This document shows positions 14,546-23,554 of a stretch of 37,339 bases of DNA, piece by piece. This DNA is from a virus (taxonomy: Duplodnaviria > Caudoviricetes): positions 1 through 37,339 of IMG/VR virus record IMGVR_UViG_3300008005_000038. One strand, written 5' to 3'. Position 1 is the first letter of the stretch; each line of letters opens with the position of its first letter. A program made the translations under genes and the position numbers. The notes beneath the pieces are model-generated. The model did no database searches. It saw nothing but the letters and a program-made list of their open reading frames with translations, and was not told the DNA's origin.

Positions 14546-15214
14546 GTGAGGAAAACGGTAACGATGCAGATCGAGCTCGACAACGGCGAGACGCTGAGTG
14601 TCGATGCTTATCCGCTGCCCGACGGTATCGAGGACACCGTCCTGAACCGCAGCCTGCTTGCGCAGGCGATGGCCGTGTCCGAGCCGACGATCTCGAAATG
14701 GGTTTCGGCCGGTATGCCGGTGCTGAGCCGGGGCGGCAATGGCACCAGCTACGAATTCCAGTTGTCGCACTGCTACGCCTGGCGTATGTGGCAAAAGGAA
14801 TGCAACGACCGCGCCCGCCGCCGCGCCGCCGACGTGGCGCAGCAGATGGCGATGACCTTCCTGAACGACGCCGAGGCCGACGAGATCTCAATGACGCCGC
14901 AGGACGTGCGCGCCTGGGCGGAGGCCGAGCTGGTGCGTGCCCGCGCCGAGGAACAACGCGGCGACCTGGTGCGTCGTCACCGTGTCGAGCGCCTGCTGCA
15001 GTCGATGATCTCCATCACCCGCGACGCGCTGGTCGGATACGGTGATTTCCTGGAAGCCGAGCTCGGCCTCGCCCCGCGCGAGGTCGAGATCGCGCAGACC
15101 CGCGCCGACCAGTTGCTGACCGAGCTGCGCCTCGAGATCGAGCGACATCTCGACGGCGTGTCTGCCGAGGTGACGCCGATCCGGCCGAACGCTACCGAGA
15201 CCGAGGCGGTCTGA
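14546..15214 (+). CDS. Terminase small subunit (Nu1/DUF1441-like)
   Basis: HTH LNRSLLAQAMAVSEPTISKWVSAGMP; AEL..EEQRGDLV; upstream of TerL. Start may be ATG 14564. Confidence 0.88.
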   Translation: MRKTVTMQIELDNGETLSVDAYPLPDGIEDTVLNRSLLAQAMAVSEPTISKWVSAGMPVLSRGGNGTSYEFQLSHCYAWRMWQKECNDRARRRAADVAQQMAMTFLNDAEADEISMTPQDVRAWAEAELVRARAEEQRGDLVRRHRVERLLQSMISITRDALVGYGDFLEAELGLAPREVEIAQTRADQLLTELRLEIERHLDGVSAEVTPIRPNATETEAV

Positions 15215-15221
15215 GAAGCCC

Positions 15222-17348
15222 ATGGTGCAGCTGACGGGACAGGGACGCGAGGCGGCGATGCGCCCGCTGGCGCCCTATGCCACGCCGGAGGACATCCTGC
15301 GCGATGCCCTGCCGATGTATGACCCGCCGAGCCGGATCAGCGTCACCGAGGCGTCGGAGCGCTACATCCGCATCCCGATGGCGGGACGCGTACAGGGCTA
15401 CGATCGCGACCTTGTGCCCTACATGGTCGAGCCGCAGGACGTGACGCAATCGCGCCGCTACAAGGCGGTCTGCTTCATCGGTCCGGCGCAGACGGGCAAG
15501 ACGCAGCTCCTGATGAATGTCGCGCTGCACGCCGTGACCTGCGATCCGTCGCCCGTGATGATCGTGCACATGACGCAGAGCGATGCGCGCGCCTGGGTCG
15601 AGGACAAGCTGGATCCGGTGATCCAGAATTCGGCGGCAATCCGCGAGCGGCTGGGTCGCGGCAAGGACGACGACGCCAAGGGCCGCAAGCGCTTCGCGGG
15701 GATGTCAATCGAAATCGGCTGGCCCACGGTGCGCCAGCTGTCGAGCCGCTCGAAGCGTATGGTGCTGCTGACCGATTACGACCACTTCGAAAACCTGGTC
15801 CTCGGCCCGGCCGACAACGCCGAAGGCACGCCGTTCGGCATGGCGTTGGACCGGATCACGACCTATCGCTCACGCGGCTCCGTGCTCGTCGAAAGCACCC
15901 CGGCACGCCCGATCGTCGATCCGACATGGGCAAGGTCGCAGGCCCGTCCGCACGAATACCCGCCGGTCGCGGAAGGGATCGTGCCGATCTACAACGACGG
16001 CACGCGCGCCCGCCTCTACTGGGAGTGCCGCGACTGCCACACGGAGTTCGAGGCGAGCTTCGACCATATCGAGTTCGACGAGACGCTGGATCCGATGACG
16101 GCCGGTGAGCGCGCGGTGATGGTCTGCCCGCATTGCGGCGCGGTCATCGATCATCGTCACAAGGTGGAGCTCAATCGCGCCATCCTGAAAGGGCGCGGGG
16201 GGTGGCGCCACGAGGCATCGGACGGCACGCTCTGCGCCCTCGGCGACGTGGCGATCCGGGGTACGGACATCGCGTCCTACGCGATGGACGGCGCGGCGGC
16301 GGCCTTTCGCAGCTGGAGCGACCTCGTCGCGCAGAAAATTACCGCGACCCGGCGCCTGGAAGAACTGGGCGACGAGACCGACCTGCGCAAGTTTTACTAC
16401 ACCGGCCTCGGCCGTCCCTACCTGCCTATCGCGGTCGGCGACGACGGTGCGATCCCGCTGGCAGAGCTGCGCGAGGGCCGGACCCTGACGCCGCGCGGCC
16501 ACTGCCCGGACTGGACCGCCTTCGTGGTGACTGCGGTCGACGTCCAGCGGGGCCGGTTCGTGGTCGCGGTGCACGCCTTCGGGCTGGACGGTCGGCGCAC
16601 CGTGGTCGACCGCTTCGACCTTGCCACCCCGCCCGAGGGCGCGCCCGGCGATGCTCGCCGCGCGCTGGACCCCGCGAAGGCGGCCGAGGACTGGGCGGTG
16701 CTCGACCCGCTGGCCATCGCGGAATACCCGGTCGAGGGGCAGGGGGTGCGGTTGCGCCCCGCGGCGCTGGGCGTCGATTTCCAAGGCGAGCCGGGCGTTT
16801 CGGACAACGCCGAGAAGTTCTGGGGCGCGCGCCGCAAGGCCGGGCAGGGCAACCTGTGGTTCGTCACGCGCGGCCATGGCGGGCTGCACCAGCGCAGCCG
16901 GACATGGCACGAGGCGCCGGAACGCGGCAATGCGCGCCGGCGGCGCGGGATCCGCATCCTCAATATCGCGACCGACCGGCTGAAGGACACTGTCGCGTCC
17001 GCGCTTCTGAAGCCGGGCACGGCCGAGGGCGCCTTCCCGCTGCCCGAATGGCTGGAAGACGATCCGCTGGTCGAGTTTACCGCCGAGACGCGGACCGAGA
17101 AAGGCTGGGTGCCGCGCCCCGGCATGAAACGCAACGAAAGCCTCGACCTCGCCGTGCAGGCGCAGGCGCTGGCCGAGCACAAGGGCCTGCGCCGCATCAA
17201 CGCGGAGGCGCCGCCGGCCTGGGCCGCGATGAGTGCCGACAACCCCTTCCGGCTGGCCGATGCCGGCGAAATCCCGAAACCCGCCGCCCCGGTCCTGGCC
17301 GACGATCGGGCGACAGGTTGGATCACCAAGAGGACCGACTGGATATGA
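15222..17348 (+). CDS. Terminase large subunit (lambda GpA family)
   Basis: PYMVEP; Walker A GPAQTGKT; VESTP; CxxC...CPHCG; TAVDVQ; RNESLDL. Confidence 0.95.
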   Translation: MVQLTGQGREAAMRPLAPYATPEDILRDALPMYDPPSRISVTEASERYIRIPMAGRVQGYDRDLVPYMVEPQDVTQSRRYKAVCFIGPAQTGKTQLLMNVALHAVTCDPSPVMIVHMTQSDARAWVEDKLDPVIQNSAAIRERLGRGKDDDAKGRKRFAGMSIEIGWPTVRQLSSRSKRMVLLTDYDHFENLVLGPADNAEGTPFGMALDRITTYRSRGSVLVESTPARPIVDPTWARSQARPHEYPPVAEGIVPIYNDGTRARLYWECRDCHTEFEASFDHIEFDETLDPMTAGERAVMVCPHCGAVIDHRHKVELNRAILKGRGGWRHEASDGTLCALGDVAIRGTDIASYAMDGAAAAFRSWSDLVAQKITATRRLEELGDETDLRKFYYTGLGRPYLPIAVGDDGAIPLAELREGRTLTPRGHCPDWTAFVVTAVDVQRGRFVVAVHAFGLDGRRTVVDRFDLATPPEGAPGDARRALDPAKAAEDWAVLDPLAIAEYPVEGQGVRLRPAALGVDFQGEPGVSDNAEKFWGARRKAGQGNLWFVTRGHGGLHQRSRTWHEAPERGNARRRRGIRILNIATDRLKDTVASALLKPGTAEGAFPLPEWLEDDPLVEFTAETRTEKGWVPRPGMKRNESLDLAVQAQALAEHKGLRRINAEAPPAWAAMSADNPFRLADAGEIPKPAAPVLADDRATGWITKRTDWI

Positions 17349-17548
17349 GCGGATACACCGCCGCGCAGCTCGCCGAGCTGAAGGCGAATTACGTGAAGGG
17401 CGTGAAAAGCGTCCAGAAGGGAGACGAGCGGGTGGAATTCCGGTCGATGTCCGAGATGGCCGACCTGATCCGCCGGGTCGAGAGCGATCTGTCCCCGAGC
17501 GCGCCTACGCAACAGGTCTACCCGACGGTCACGAGGGGGGTCGACTGA
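17345..17548 (+). CDS. Head-tail joining protein (gpW-like)
   Basis: YTAAQLAELKANYVKGVKSVQKGDERVEFRSMSEM; located between TerL and portal. Confidence 0.85.
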   Translation: MSGYTAAQLAELKANYVKGVKSVQKGDERVEFRSMSEMADLIRRVESDLSPSAPTQQVYPTVTRGVD

Positions 17549-19056
17549 TGGCGGGGCTCGACCGCGCCCTGATGACCGTCGCGCCCGGCCTCGCCGCGGC
17601 GCGCGCTGCCAGCCGGATCAAGGCGGAGATGCTGAACCGCCGCCTCAACGAGATGCGCTACGATGCCGCGACCGGCGGCCGGCGGGCGGGAACGTTCCGC
17701 GACAGCCGGGCCGATGCCGATGCTGCCGCCGCGCGCCGCGGTGTCATGGGCGCGCGCGCGCACGACCTGATCCGCAATAACCCCTGGGCGCGCCGGGCGC
17801 AGGATGTGATCGTCAACAACGTGGTCGGCGACGGCATCCTGCCCAAGCTGACCGGCGGCAGCGATGACCTGCGCGCCGAGGGCCGGGATTGGATCGAGCG
17901 GCACCTCGGCACCACGGCAATCGACTTCGAGGGGCGCCAGAACCTTTACGGCTTGCAGCAGCTGGCGACGCGGGCAATGGTCGAAGGCGGCGAGGCGCTG
18001 ATCGTTCCGATCTTCGACTCGCGTCGCCGGTCCGAGATCCCGCTGAAACTGCGCGTTCTCGAAAGCGAGTACCTCGACGACACGGTTTACGGGCCAAGCC
18101 GAGAGGTGCCCGGGAACACCGTGTTCGACGGTATCGAGTACGACCCCGACGGCCGCCGCGTGGCTTACTGGATCCACGACCAGCACCCGGGCACCGAAAA
18201 CCCGAGGGCGGGTGGCATGCGGCTTACCTCGCGCCGTTACCCGGCGGGATCGGTCATCCACCTCTACCGGCAGGATCGGCCCGGCCAGATGCGTGGCGTC
18301 ACCTGGTTCGCGCCGGTAATGATGGCGATGCAGGACCTGGCCGACTACCAGGACGCACAGATCATGCGCCAGAAAGTGGCCGCGTGTTTTACGGCCTTCT
18401 GGCGCAGCGACGATACCAACCCCGGCGCCGGCCCCGGCGAGACGCTGTCGCCCGGCCTGATCCAGAAAATCGGCCAGAACGACGAAGTGGTGCTGGCCAA
18501 TCCGCCGGAAGCCGCGGGCTTCGACGAGTTCATGCGCAGCGTGCTGCGCTCGATCGCGTCGGGCCTCGGCGTCACCTACGAGGCGCTGTCCGGCGACCTG
18601 GGGCAGGTGAATTTCAGTTCGGCGCGGATGGGCCGGGCTGAAATGGACCGCGCTGTCAGTTCCTGGCAGCGCGAGATCCTCGTGCCGCTGATGATGGACC
18701 GGATCGGCGACTGGTTCCGCTTGGCCTGGGGCTTCGCGGACCCGGTGCGCGCCGCCGAGATCGCCGCGCTCGGCGTGAAATGGACGCCGCCGCATCGCTT
18801 CCTCGTCGACCCGGCGCGCGAGATCCCGGCGCTGACCGACAAGGTGCGCGCCGGGTTCGCAAGCCGGCAGGGCGTCGTGCGCGAACTCGGCCAGGACCCG
18901 GATCGGCTCCTTGAAGAACAGATCGAGGATCGCGCGTCGGCCGACGCGGCCGGCCTCGTCTTCGACACCGACCCGCGCGTCACCAGCGGATCGGGTGTCA
19001 CGCAGGCGCGGCCGGAAGGATCAAGGCCCCTTATCGAGGAGACAGACGATGAATGA
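17548..19056 (+). CDS. Portal protein (lambda family)
   Basis: RAHDLIRNNPWA, VVGDGI, RPGQMRGVTWFAPV, GVTYEALSGDLGQVNFSSARMG. Confidence 0.95.
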   Translation: MAGLDRALMTVAPGLAAARAASRIKAEMLNRRLNEMRYDAATGGRRAGTFRDSRADADAAAARRGVMGARAHDLIRNNPWARRAQDVIVNNVVGDGILPKLTGGSDDLRAEGRDWIERHLGTTAIDFEGRQNLYGLQQLATRAMVEGGEALIVPIFDSRRRSEIPLKLRVLESEYLDDTVYGPSREVPGNTVFDGIEYDPDGRRVAYWIHDQHPGTENPRAGGMRLTSRRYPAGSVIHLYRQDRPGQMRGVTWFAPVMMAMQDLADYQDAQIMRQKVAACFTAFWRSDDTNPGAGPGETLSPGLIQKIGQNDEVVLANPPEAAGFDEFMRSVLRSIASGLGVTYEALSGDLGQVNFSSARMGRAEMDRAVSSWQREILVPLMMDRIGDWFRLAWGFADPVRAAEIAALGVKWTPPHRFLVDPAREIPALTDKVRAGFASRQGVVRELGQDPDRLLEEQIEDRASADAAGLVFDTDPRVTSGSGVTQARPEGSRPLIEETDDE

Positions 19057-21121
19057 AATGGTGATTTACGGCACCATCGGCGCCACCTTCTGGGAAGAGG
19101 ATCACGTCACGCCGGCGCAGGTGCGCGAGCGCCTTGCGGGGATGGATGGCGGGCCGTTGACGGTGCGGATCAATTCGGGCGGCGGAATCGCGATGGATGG
19201 CCAGACGATCTACACGCTGCTGCGCAATTACCCCGGCCCGGTCGAGGTGGTGATCGACGGCGTGGCGATGAGCGCAGCCAGCCTGATCGCGATGGCGGGC
19301 GACACGATCACGATGCCTGCCGGGTCGCTGATGATGATCCACGACCCGGCGCATTTCATCACCAGCGGGCGCGGCACCGAGGAAGATCACCTCACCTCGG
19401 CCAGGGCGCTTCGGGTGGCGGCGAATGCCTATGCGGATGTCTACGCGTCCCGCGCCGGGATGAGCCGTGACGCGGCGCGCGAGATCATGCGCGCCGAGAC
19501 CTACTATGACGGGCCGGGCGCGATCGAGGCCGGTTTCGCCGATGCGACAGATGAAACCGCCGCCGCCGCCGAGGCCGCGGACTTCGACTATTCGATCTAC
19601 GCCCACGCCCCGGAGGCGCTGTTGCAGCGCCACCCGGGCAAGCGGCGCAGCAAGACGGCCGTGATGGCCATGATGGCGGGCCATCCCGCGCAACCCCGGA
19701 AAGGATCCAAGATGGCAGACGATACCACCACCCCCGAAGAGGAAGACACGATCACCACCGCCGATGAGGAGAGCACGACGCTGTCCGATGCCTCGACCCC
19801 CGCCACCGGCGAGGTAGAGGAAGAGGCCGCCACCGTCACCGCCGAGGATGGCGAGGACGAGGAAGACACGCCGCCGATGCAGTCCGTCGCCAGCGGCCCG
19901 CCCGCGATTGCCGACGTGCGCGCGCTTGTGGATCTGAGCGGCGGCACCGCCGACGACGTGCTCGATTACGTCCAGCGCGGCATGAGCATGGACGCCATCA
20001 CCCGGGACCTGCGCGCCCGCAAGCAACAGGAGACACAGACCATGACCGGCCCCCGTGCCCGCATCACGCGCGACGAGCGCACCACCCGCCGCCAGGCCAT
20101 GACCGAGGCGATCGTCGCCCAGGTCGGCCGTGGCGACCCGACCGACCGCGCCCGGCCCTACATGGGCCAGTCGCTGGCGCAGATGGCTGCCGATTGCGCG
20201 GGCTACCGCGGCCCGCTGCGCAGCGCGGGCGACCGGATCGAGGCTTTCACGATGGCCTCGCATTCGACCTCTGATTTCCCGGCGATCTTCGAGAACGCGC
20301 TCAACAAGCTGCTGCTGGAACGCTACCAGGTGGCCGAGCCGACCTACCGGCGCATCGCGCGGCAGCGCAACTTCTCCGACTTCCGGCCCACGAACCTCGT
20401 TCGTGCCGGCGATTTCCCGAGCCTGCAGGCAATCAACGAGACGGGCGAGATCAAGTTCGGCACCTTCGGGGAGAACAAGGAAACGGCGGTGCTGACGCCC
20501 TACGGCATCGGGCTGACCATCAGCCGCCAGATGATGATCAACGATGACCTCGGCGCAATCGAGGAGGTGCTGGCCGGCTACGGCGATTCCATCGCGCAGT
20601 TCGAGGAATCGACCTTCTACGCCTTCGCGTTCAGCGCGGCGCTGTCGGATGGCAACCCGGTCTTCCACTCCTCGCACAACAACCTTGCCGGCAGCGGCAC
20701 CGCGATCACCGTGGCGGCCGTGTCCGCGGGGCGGGCGGCGATCCGCAAGCAGAAAAGCCTCGACGGGCAGAAACTCAACTGGGCGCCCTCGATCCTGCTG
20801 GTGGGGCCGGACAAGGAGACCGAGGCGGAGCAGCTGGTGTCCGAGATCCAGGCGGCGAAGATGTCGGACGTCAACATCTTCTCGGGCCGGCTGCAGGTCG
20901 TGACCACGGCCGAGATCACCGGCAATGCCTGGCACCTGCTGGTCGGGTCCGAGCGGGCCGGCGCGGCCTGCTGGGTCTACGGTTACCTCGACGGGGCGGA
21001 GGCGCCGCGCCTGCGCCGCGAGGAACCGTTCGGGCGGCAGGGCTTCTCGATGACGGTGGAGCACGATTTCGGCCTCGGCGCCGTCGATTATCGCGGCGGG
21101 TACAAGAACCCGGGCGCGTGA
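19049..21121 (+). CDS. ClpP-type prohead protease / major capsid fusion protein
   Basis: RINSGGG, IDGVAMSAASLIAMAGD, MMIHDP; acidic linker; capsid part HSTSDFP, ISRQMMINDDLG, HDFGLGAVDYRG. Confidence 0.93.
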   Translation: MNEMVIYGTIGATFWEEDHVTPAQVRERLAGMDGGPLTVRINSGGGIAMDGQTIYTLLRNYPGPVEVVIDGVAMSAASLIAMAGDTITMPAGSLMMIHDPAHFITSGRGTEEDHLTSARALRVAANAYADVYASRAGMSRDAAREIMRAETYYDGPGAIEAGFADATDETAAAAEAADFDYSIYAHAPEALLQRHPGKRRSKTAVMAMMAGHPAQPRKGSKMADDTTTPEEEDTITTADEESTTLSDASTPATGEVEEEAATVTAEDGEDEEDTPPMQSVASGPPAIADVRALVDLSGGTADDVLDYVQRGMSMDAITRDLRARKQQETQTMTGPRARITRDERTTRRQAMTEAIVAQVGRGDPTDRARPYMGQSLAQMAADCAGYRGPLRSAGDRIEAFTMASHSTSDFPAIFENALNKLLLERYQVAEPTYRRIARQRNFSDFRPTNLVRAGDFPSLQAINETGEIKFGTFGENKETAVLTPYGIGLTISRQMMINDDLGAIEEVLAGYGDSIAQFEESTFYAFAFSAALSDGNPVFHSSHNNLAGSGTAITVAAVSAGRAAIRKQKSLDGQKLNWAPSILLVGPDKETEAEQLVSEIQAAKMSDVNIFSGRLQVVTTAEITGNAWHLLVGSERAGAACWVYGYLDGAEAPRLRREEPFGRQGFSMTVEHDFGLGAVDYRGGYKNPGA

Positions 21122-21143
21122 TCGCCTGACGACAACCTGACCT

Positions 21144-21180
21144 GACCAGGGGGCGGCCGATGGGCCGCCCCCGGTCGTTT
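21144..21180 (+). terminator. Hairpin/terminator after the capsid gene
   Basis: GGGGGCGGCC/GGCCGCCCCC stem followed by GTTT. Confidence 0.55.
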
Positions 21181-21235
21181 CGAAAGGCGCAACCGGGCCG
21201 CGGCCCGCGGCGCCGCAACACGAAGGATCCAAGAC

Positions 21236-21568
21236 ATGAAGAACTATCACCAACCCGGAAGCTCGATTTCCGTTGCCGCCCCCGCCGATGTCGCATCCGG
21301 CGCCGGCGTCCTCGTCGGCAGCCTCTTTGGTATCGCGGGGCACGACGCCCTTTCCGGTGCGCCAGTCGAGATCCATTTCAGCGGCGTCTACACGCTGCCG
21401 AAGCTGGAAGCGCAAGCCTGGACGGTCGGCGCCAAGGTCTACTGGGACGACACCAACAAGCACCTGACGACGGCCGCCACGGGCAACAAGCTGGTCGGCG
21501 CCGCAGTGCAGGCCGCGGCCAATCCGTCCACGACCGGCGTGGTCCGCCTTGACGGCGCGGCGCGGTGA
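21236..21568 (+). CDS. Head decoration/cement protein (DUF2190-like)
   Basis: MKNYHQPG...VASGAGVLVGSLFGIA...GVYTLPK...VGAKVYWD. Confidence 0.85.
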   Translation: MKNYHQPGSSISVAAPADVASGAGVLVGSLFGIAGHDALSGAPVEIHFSGVYTLPKLEAQAWTVGAKVYWDDTNKHLTTAATGNKLVGAAVQAAANPSTTGVVRLDGAAR

Positions 21569-21897
21569 CCAGCCTTTTCAACGGCATTGGCACCATCGTG
21601 ACCGGCGTCCTGGGCGCGCCGGTCACGGTCACGCCGGAGGGCGGTCTGCCGCGCGAGATCGAGGCCGCGTTCCGCGAGGGTCCGCGCATGGTGCAGGGCG
21701 CCGACGGGATGGAGTACCAGACCGTGCTGCCGACCCTGACGGCGCGCCGCGACGAGGTCGAGGACATCGTGCCGGGCGGCACCCTCGAGCTACCGGACGC
21801 CCGGCGATACAAGGTCACGGGCTGGATGCCCTCGGGCAGCCCGGCCAGCGACGCGCTGGTCGAGCTTGGCCTCGAAAAGATCGACGTCCATGCCTGA
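21565..21897 (+). CDS. Head-tail joining protein (gpFII-like)
   Basis: Synteny, size and GTGA coupling. Confidence 0.7.
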   Translation: MTSLFNGIGTIVTGVLGAPVTVTPEGGLPREIEAAFREGPRMVQGADGMEYQTVLPTLTARRDEVEDIVPGGTLELPDARRYKVTGWMPSGSPASDALVELGLEKIDVHA

Positions 21898-22363
21898 AGC
21901 GATGCACTACCTGAAGGCGGTGCGCCGCCGCGTCACCGCGTCGCTGACCGATGCCGCGATATCGATTCCGGTCGCGGGTATCATGACACCGGTGACCGTC
22001 CTGACGCACCCCCCCGCGGCAGGCTACGCACCCGAAAGCACCCTGCCCGCGATCTACGTTTTCTGCCGCAGCGAGAAGGTGGATCTGTCGGGCCATTCGA
22101 CGACCCGCGCCGCGATCCTCGTGGACGTGACGCTTCAGAGCTTCGGCAATGCCGACGCCGCGCTCGATCATGTCGACGACATGCACCTCGCCGCGCACCT
22201 CGCGATCATGTCCGACCGCCGCCTCGGCGGTGTGGCGATCAACACGGAGCCGCGCGGCTCCGAGACGCACACCGATTCCGGCGAGGCCCGCTTCGGCATC
22301 CGCCGCGTGACATTCGAGGTGACGGTCGCCGGCCCGCTGGCCGACCCCACCGTCACCATCTGA
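21890..22363 (+). CDS. Tail terminator-like protein (gpU-like)
   Basis: LPAIYVF...DRRLGG; located just before the tail tube gene. Confidence 0.65.
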   Translation: MPEAMHYLKAVRRRVTASLTDAAISIPVAGIMTPVTVLTHPPAAGYAPESTLPAIYVFCRSEKVDLSGHSTTRAAILVDVTLQSFGNADAALDHVDDMHLAAHLAIMSDRRLGGVAINTEPRGSETHTDSGEARFGIRRVTFEVTVAGPLADPTVTI

Positions 22364-22403
22364 CCCGACCGCCGGAAGACCGGCACAAAGCAAGGAGACT
22401 ACC

Positions 22404-22847
22404 ATGGCCGCAGGCAAGGAAACCGTCGCGCTCGATCTGACGTGGGAAATTCACGACGGGCTGGATCCCGGCACGTTCCAGGCTGCCGGGATCCTGACCG
22501 GCGCCACCCCGCCGAACCCGACCTCGCAGGAGGCCGACGCGTCGCACTTCAACGCGCCCGGGCACCTCAAGAAGTTCCTGCCGGCGCAGATCGACCCCGG
22601 CGATGCCAGCTTCATGTTCCATTGGGACCCGGGATCGGACGAGGACGTGATGATCGAGGCGCTGCGCGGCAGTCGCGCGGTCCGCCAGCACCGCATCACC
22701 TTCCCGACCTCGGACGGGGTCGGCTTCAGTTGGACCTTCGAGGCCTGGATCAAGAGCATCGGCCCCCGGGTGCAGCTGGGCGAGACCCTGTCGCGCGAGG
22801 TGACGATGCGCGTCATGACCATCCCGACCGGCGCGGCGGCGATCTGA
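22404..22847 (+). CDS. Major tail tube protein
   Basis: DASHFNAPGHLKKFLPAQIDPGDASFMFHWDPGS...RITFP...WTFEAWI. Confidence 0.88.
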   Translation: MAAGKETVALDLTWEIHDGLDPGTFQAAGILTGATPPNPTSQEADASHFNAPGHLKKFLPAQIDPGDASFMFHWDPGSDEDVMIEALRGSRAVRQHRITFPTSDGVGFSWTFEAWIKSIGPRVQLGETLSREVTMRVMTIPTGAAAI

Positions 22848-22850
22848 TCC

Positions 22851-23249
22851 ATGGCCGCGCAAGACAACCCGAAGGGTGAAGTGCTGCTGACGCTCGGTGA
22901 CGGCGTGTTGCGCCTGCGCCTGACGATGAATGCCATCGCCGACATCGAGGCGCTGCTGGCCCAGCCGTTCCACGATCTTCTGAGCCGCATCGCGTCCTGC
23001 GCCGGCAAGGCCGGGCTCGACGGGACGGCGACCCGGGCGCTGGTCTGGGGCGCGATGCTGCACCAGCGCCCCGACGCCACGCCGCGCGATGCCGGCGCGC
23101 TGATCGACGAGATCGGCCTCGATCGCCTCGACGGCCTCGTTTTCGAGATTCTCGAAGCGGCCGGCTATATGCGGCGGACCGGGGAAGACGAAGGGGAGGC
23201 GGAGGACGGCGAAAACCCTCCGCTGCCGCCCGGCGGGGCGGCGGCCTGA
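22851..23249 (+). CDS. Tail assembly chaperone (gpG-like)
   Basis: NPKGEVLL..LRLTMNAIADIE; located between tube and tape measure. Confidence 0.85.
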   Translation: MAAQDNPKGEVLLTLGDGVLRLRLTMNAIADIEALLAQPFHDLLSRIASCAGKAGLDGTATRALVWGAMLHQRPDATPRDAGALIDEIGLDRLDGLVFEILEAAGYMRRTGEDEGEAEDGENPPLPPGGAAA

Positions 23250-23545
23250 GCGGCCTTCTGGAGGACTGGGTCTCGGCCGGGCTGCCCCCGGCCGAGTTCT
23301 GGTCGCAGACCCTGCGCAGCTACCGCGCCCAGATGGCCGGTGTCCGGGCGCGGCTGTCGCGCGAGGCGCAGTCGATGCGGGCGCAGGCCTGGTACACCGC
23401 CGCGCTGTCCAAGTCCCGCAGGCTGCCGGATTTCAAGACGTTCGTTTCCGGCGAGGCCCGGAAGCCGCAGACCCGAGACGAAATGTTCAACATCTTCAAG
23501 GGAATGGCCGCCTACTACGCGGGCGCCCTCGGAAAAAAAGGCTAG
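23213..23545 (+). CDS. Tail assembly chaperone GT extension, reached by -1 frameshift
   Basis: Slippery heptamer A AAC CCT at 23213-19. The -1 frame is open to 23545 and encodes GLPPAEFWSQTLR. Confidence 0.75.
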   Translation, partial: KPSAAARRGGGLSGLLEDWVSAGLPPAEFWSQTLRSYRAQMAGVRARLSREAQSMRAQAWYTAALSKSRRLPDFKTFVSGEARKPQTRDEMFNIFKGMAAYYAGALGKKG

Positions 23546-23554
23546 TCGGCAGGC

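Noticed and set aside
19049-21121. Protease-capsid fusion as a novelty
   Set aside because: ClpP-capsid fusions are a known architecture in lambdoid prophages.
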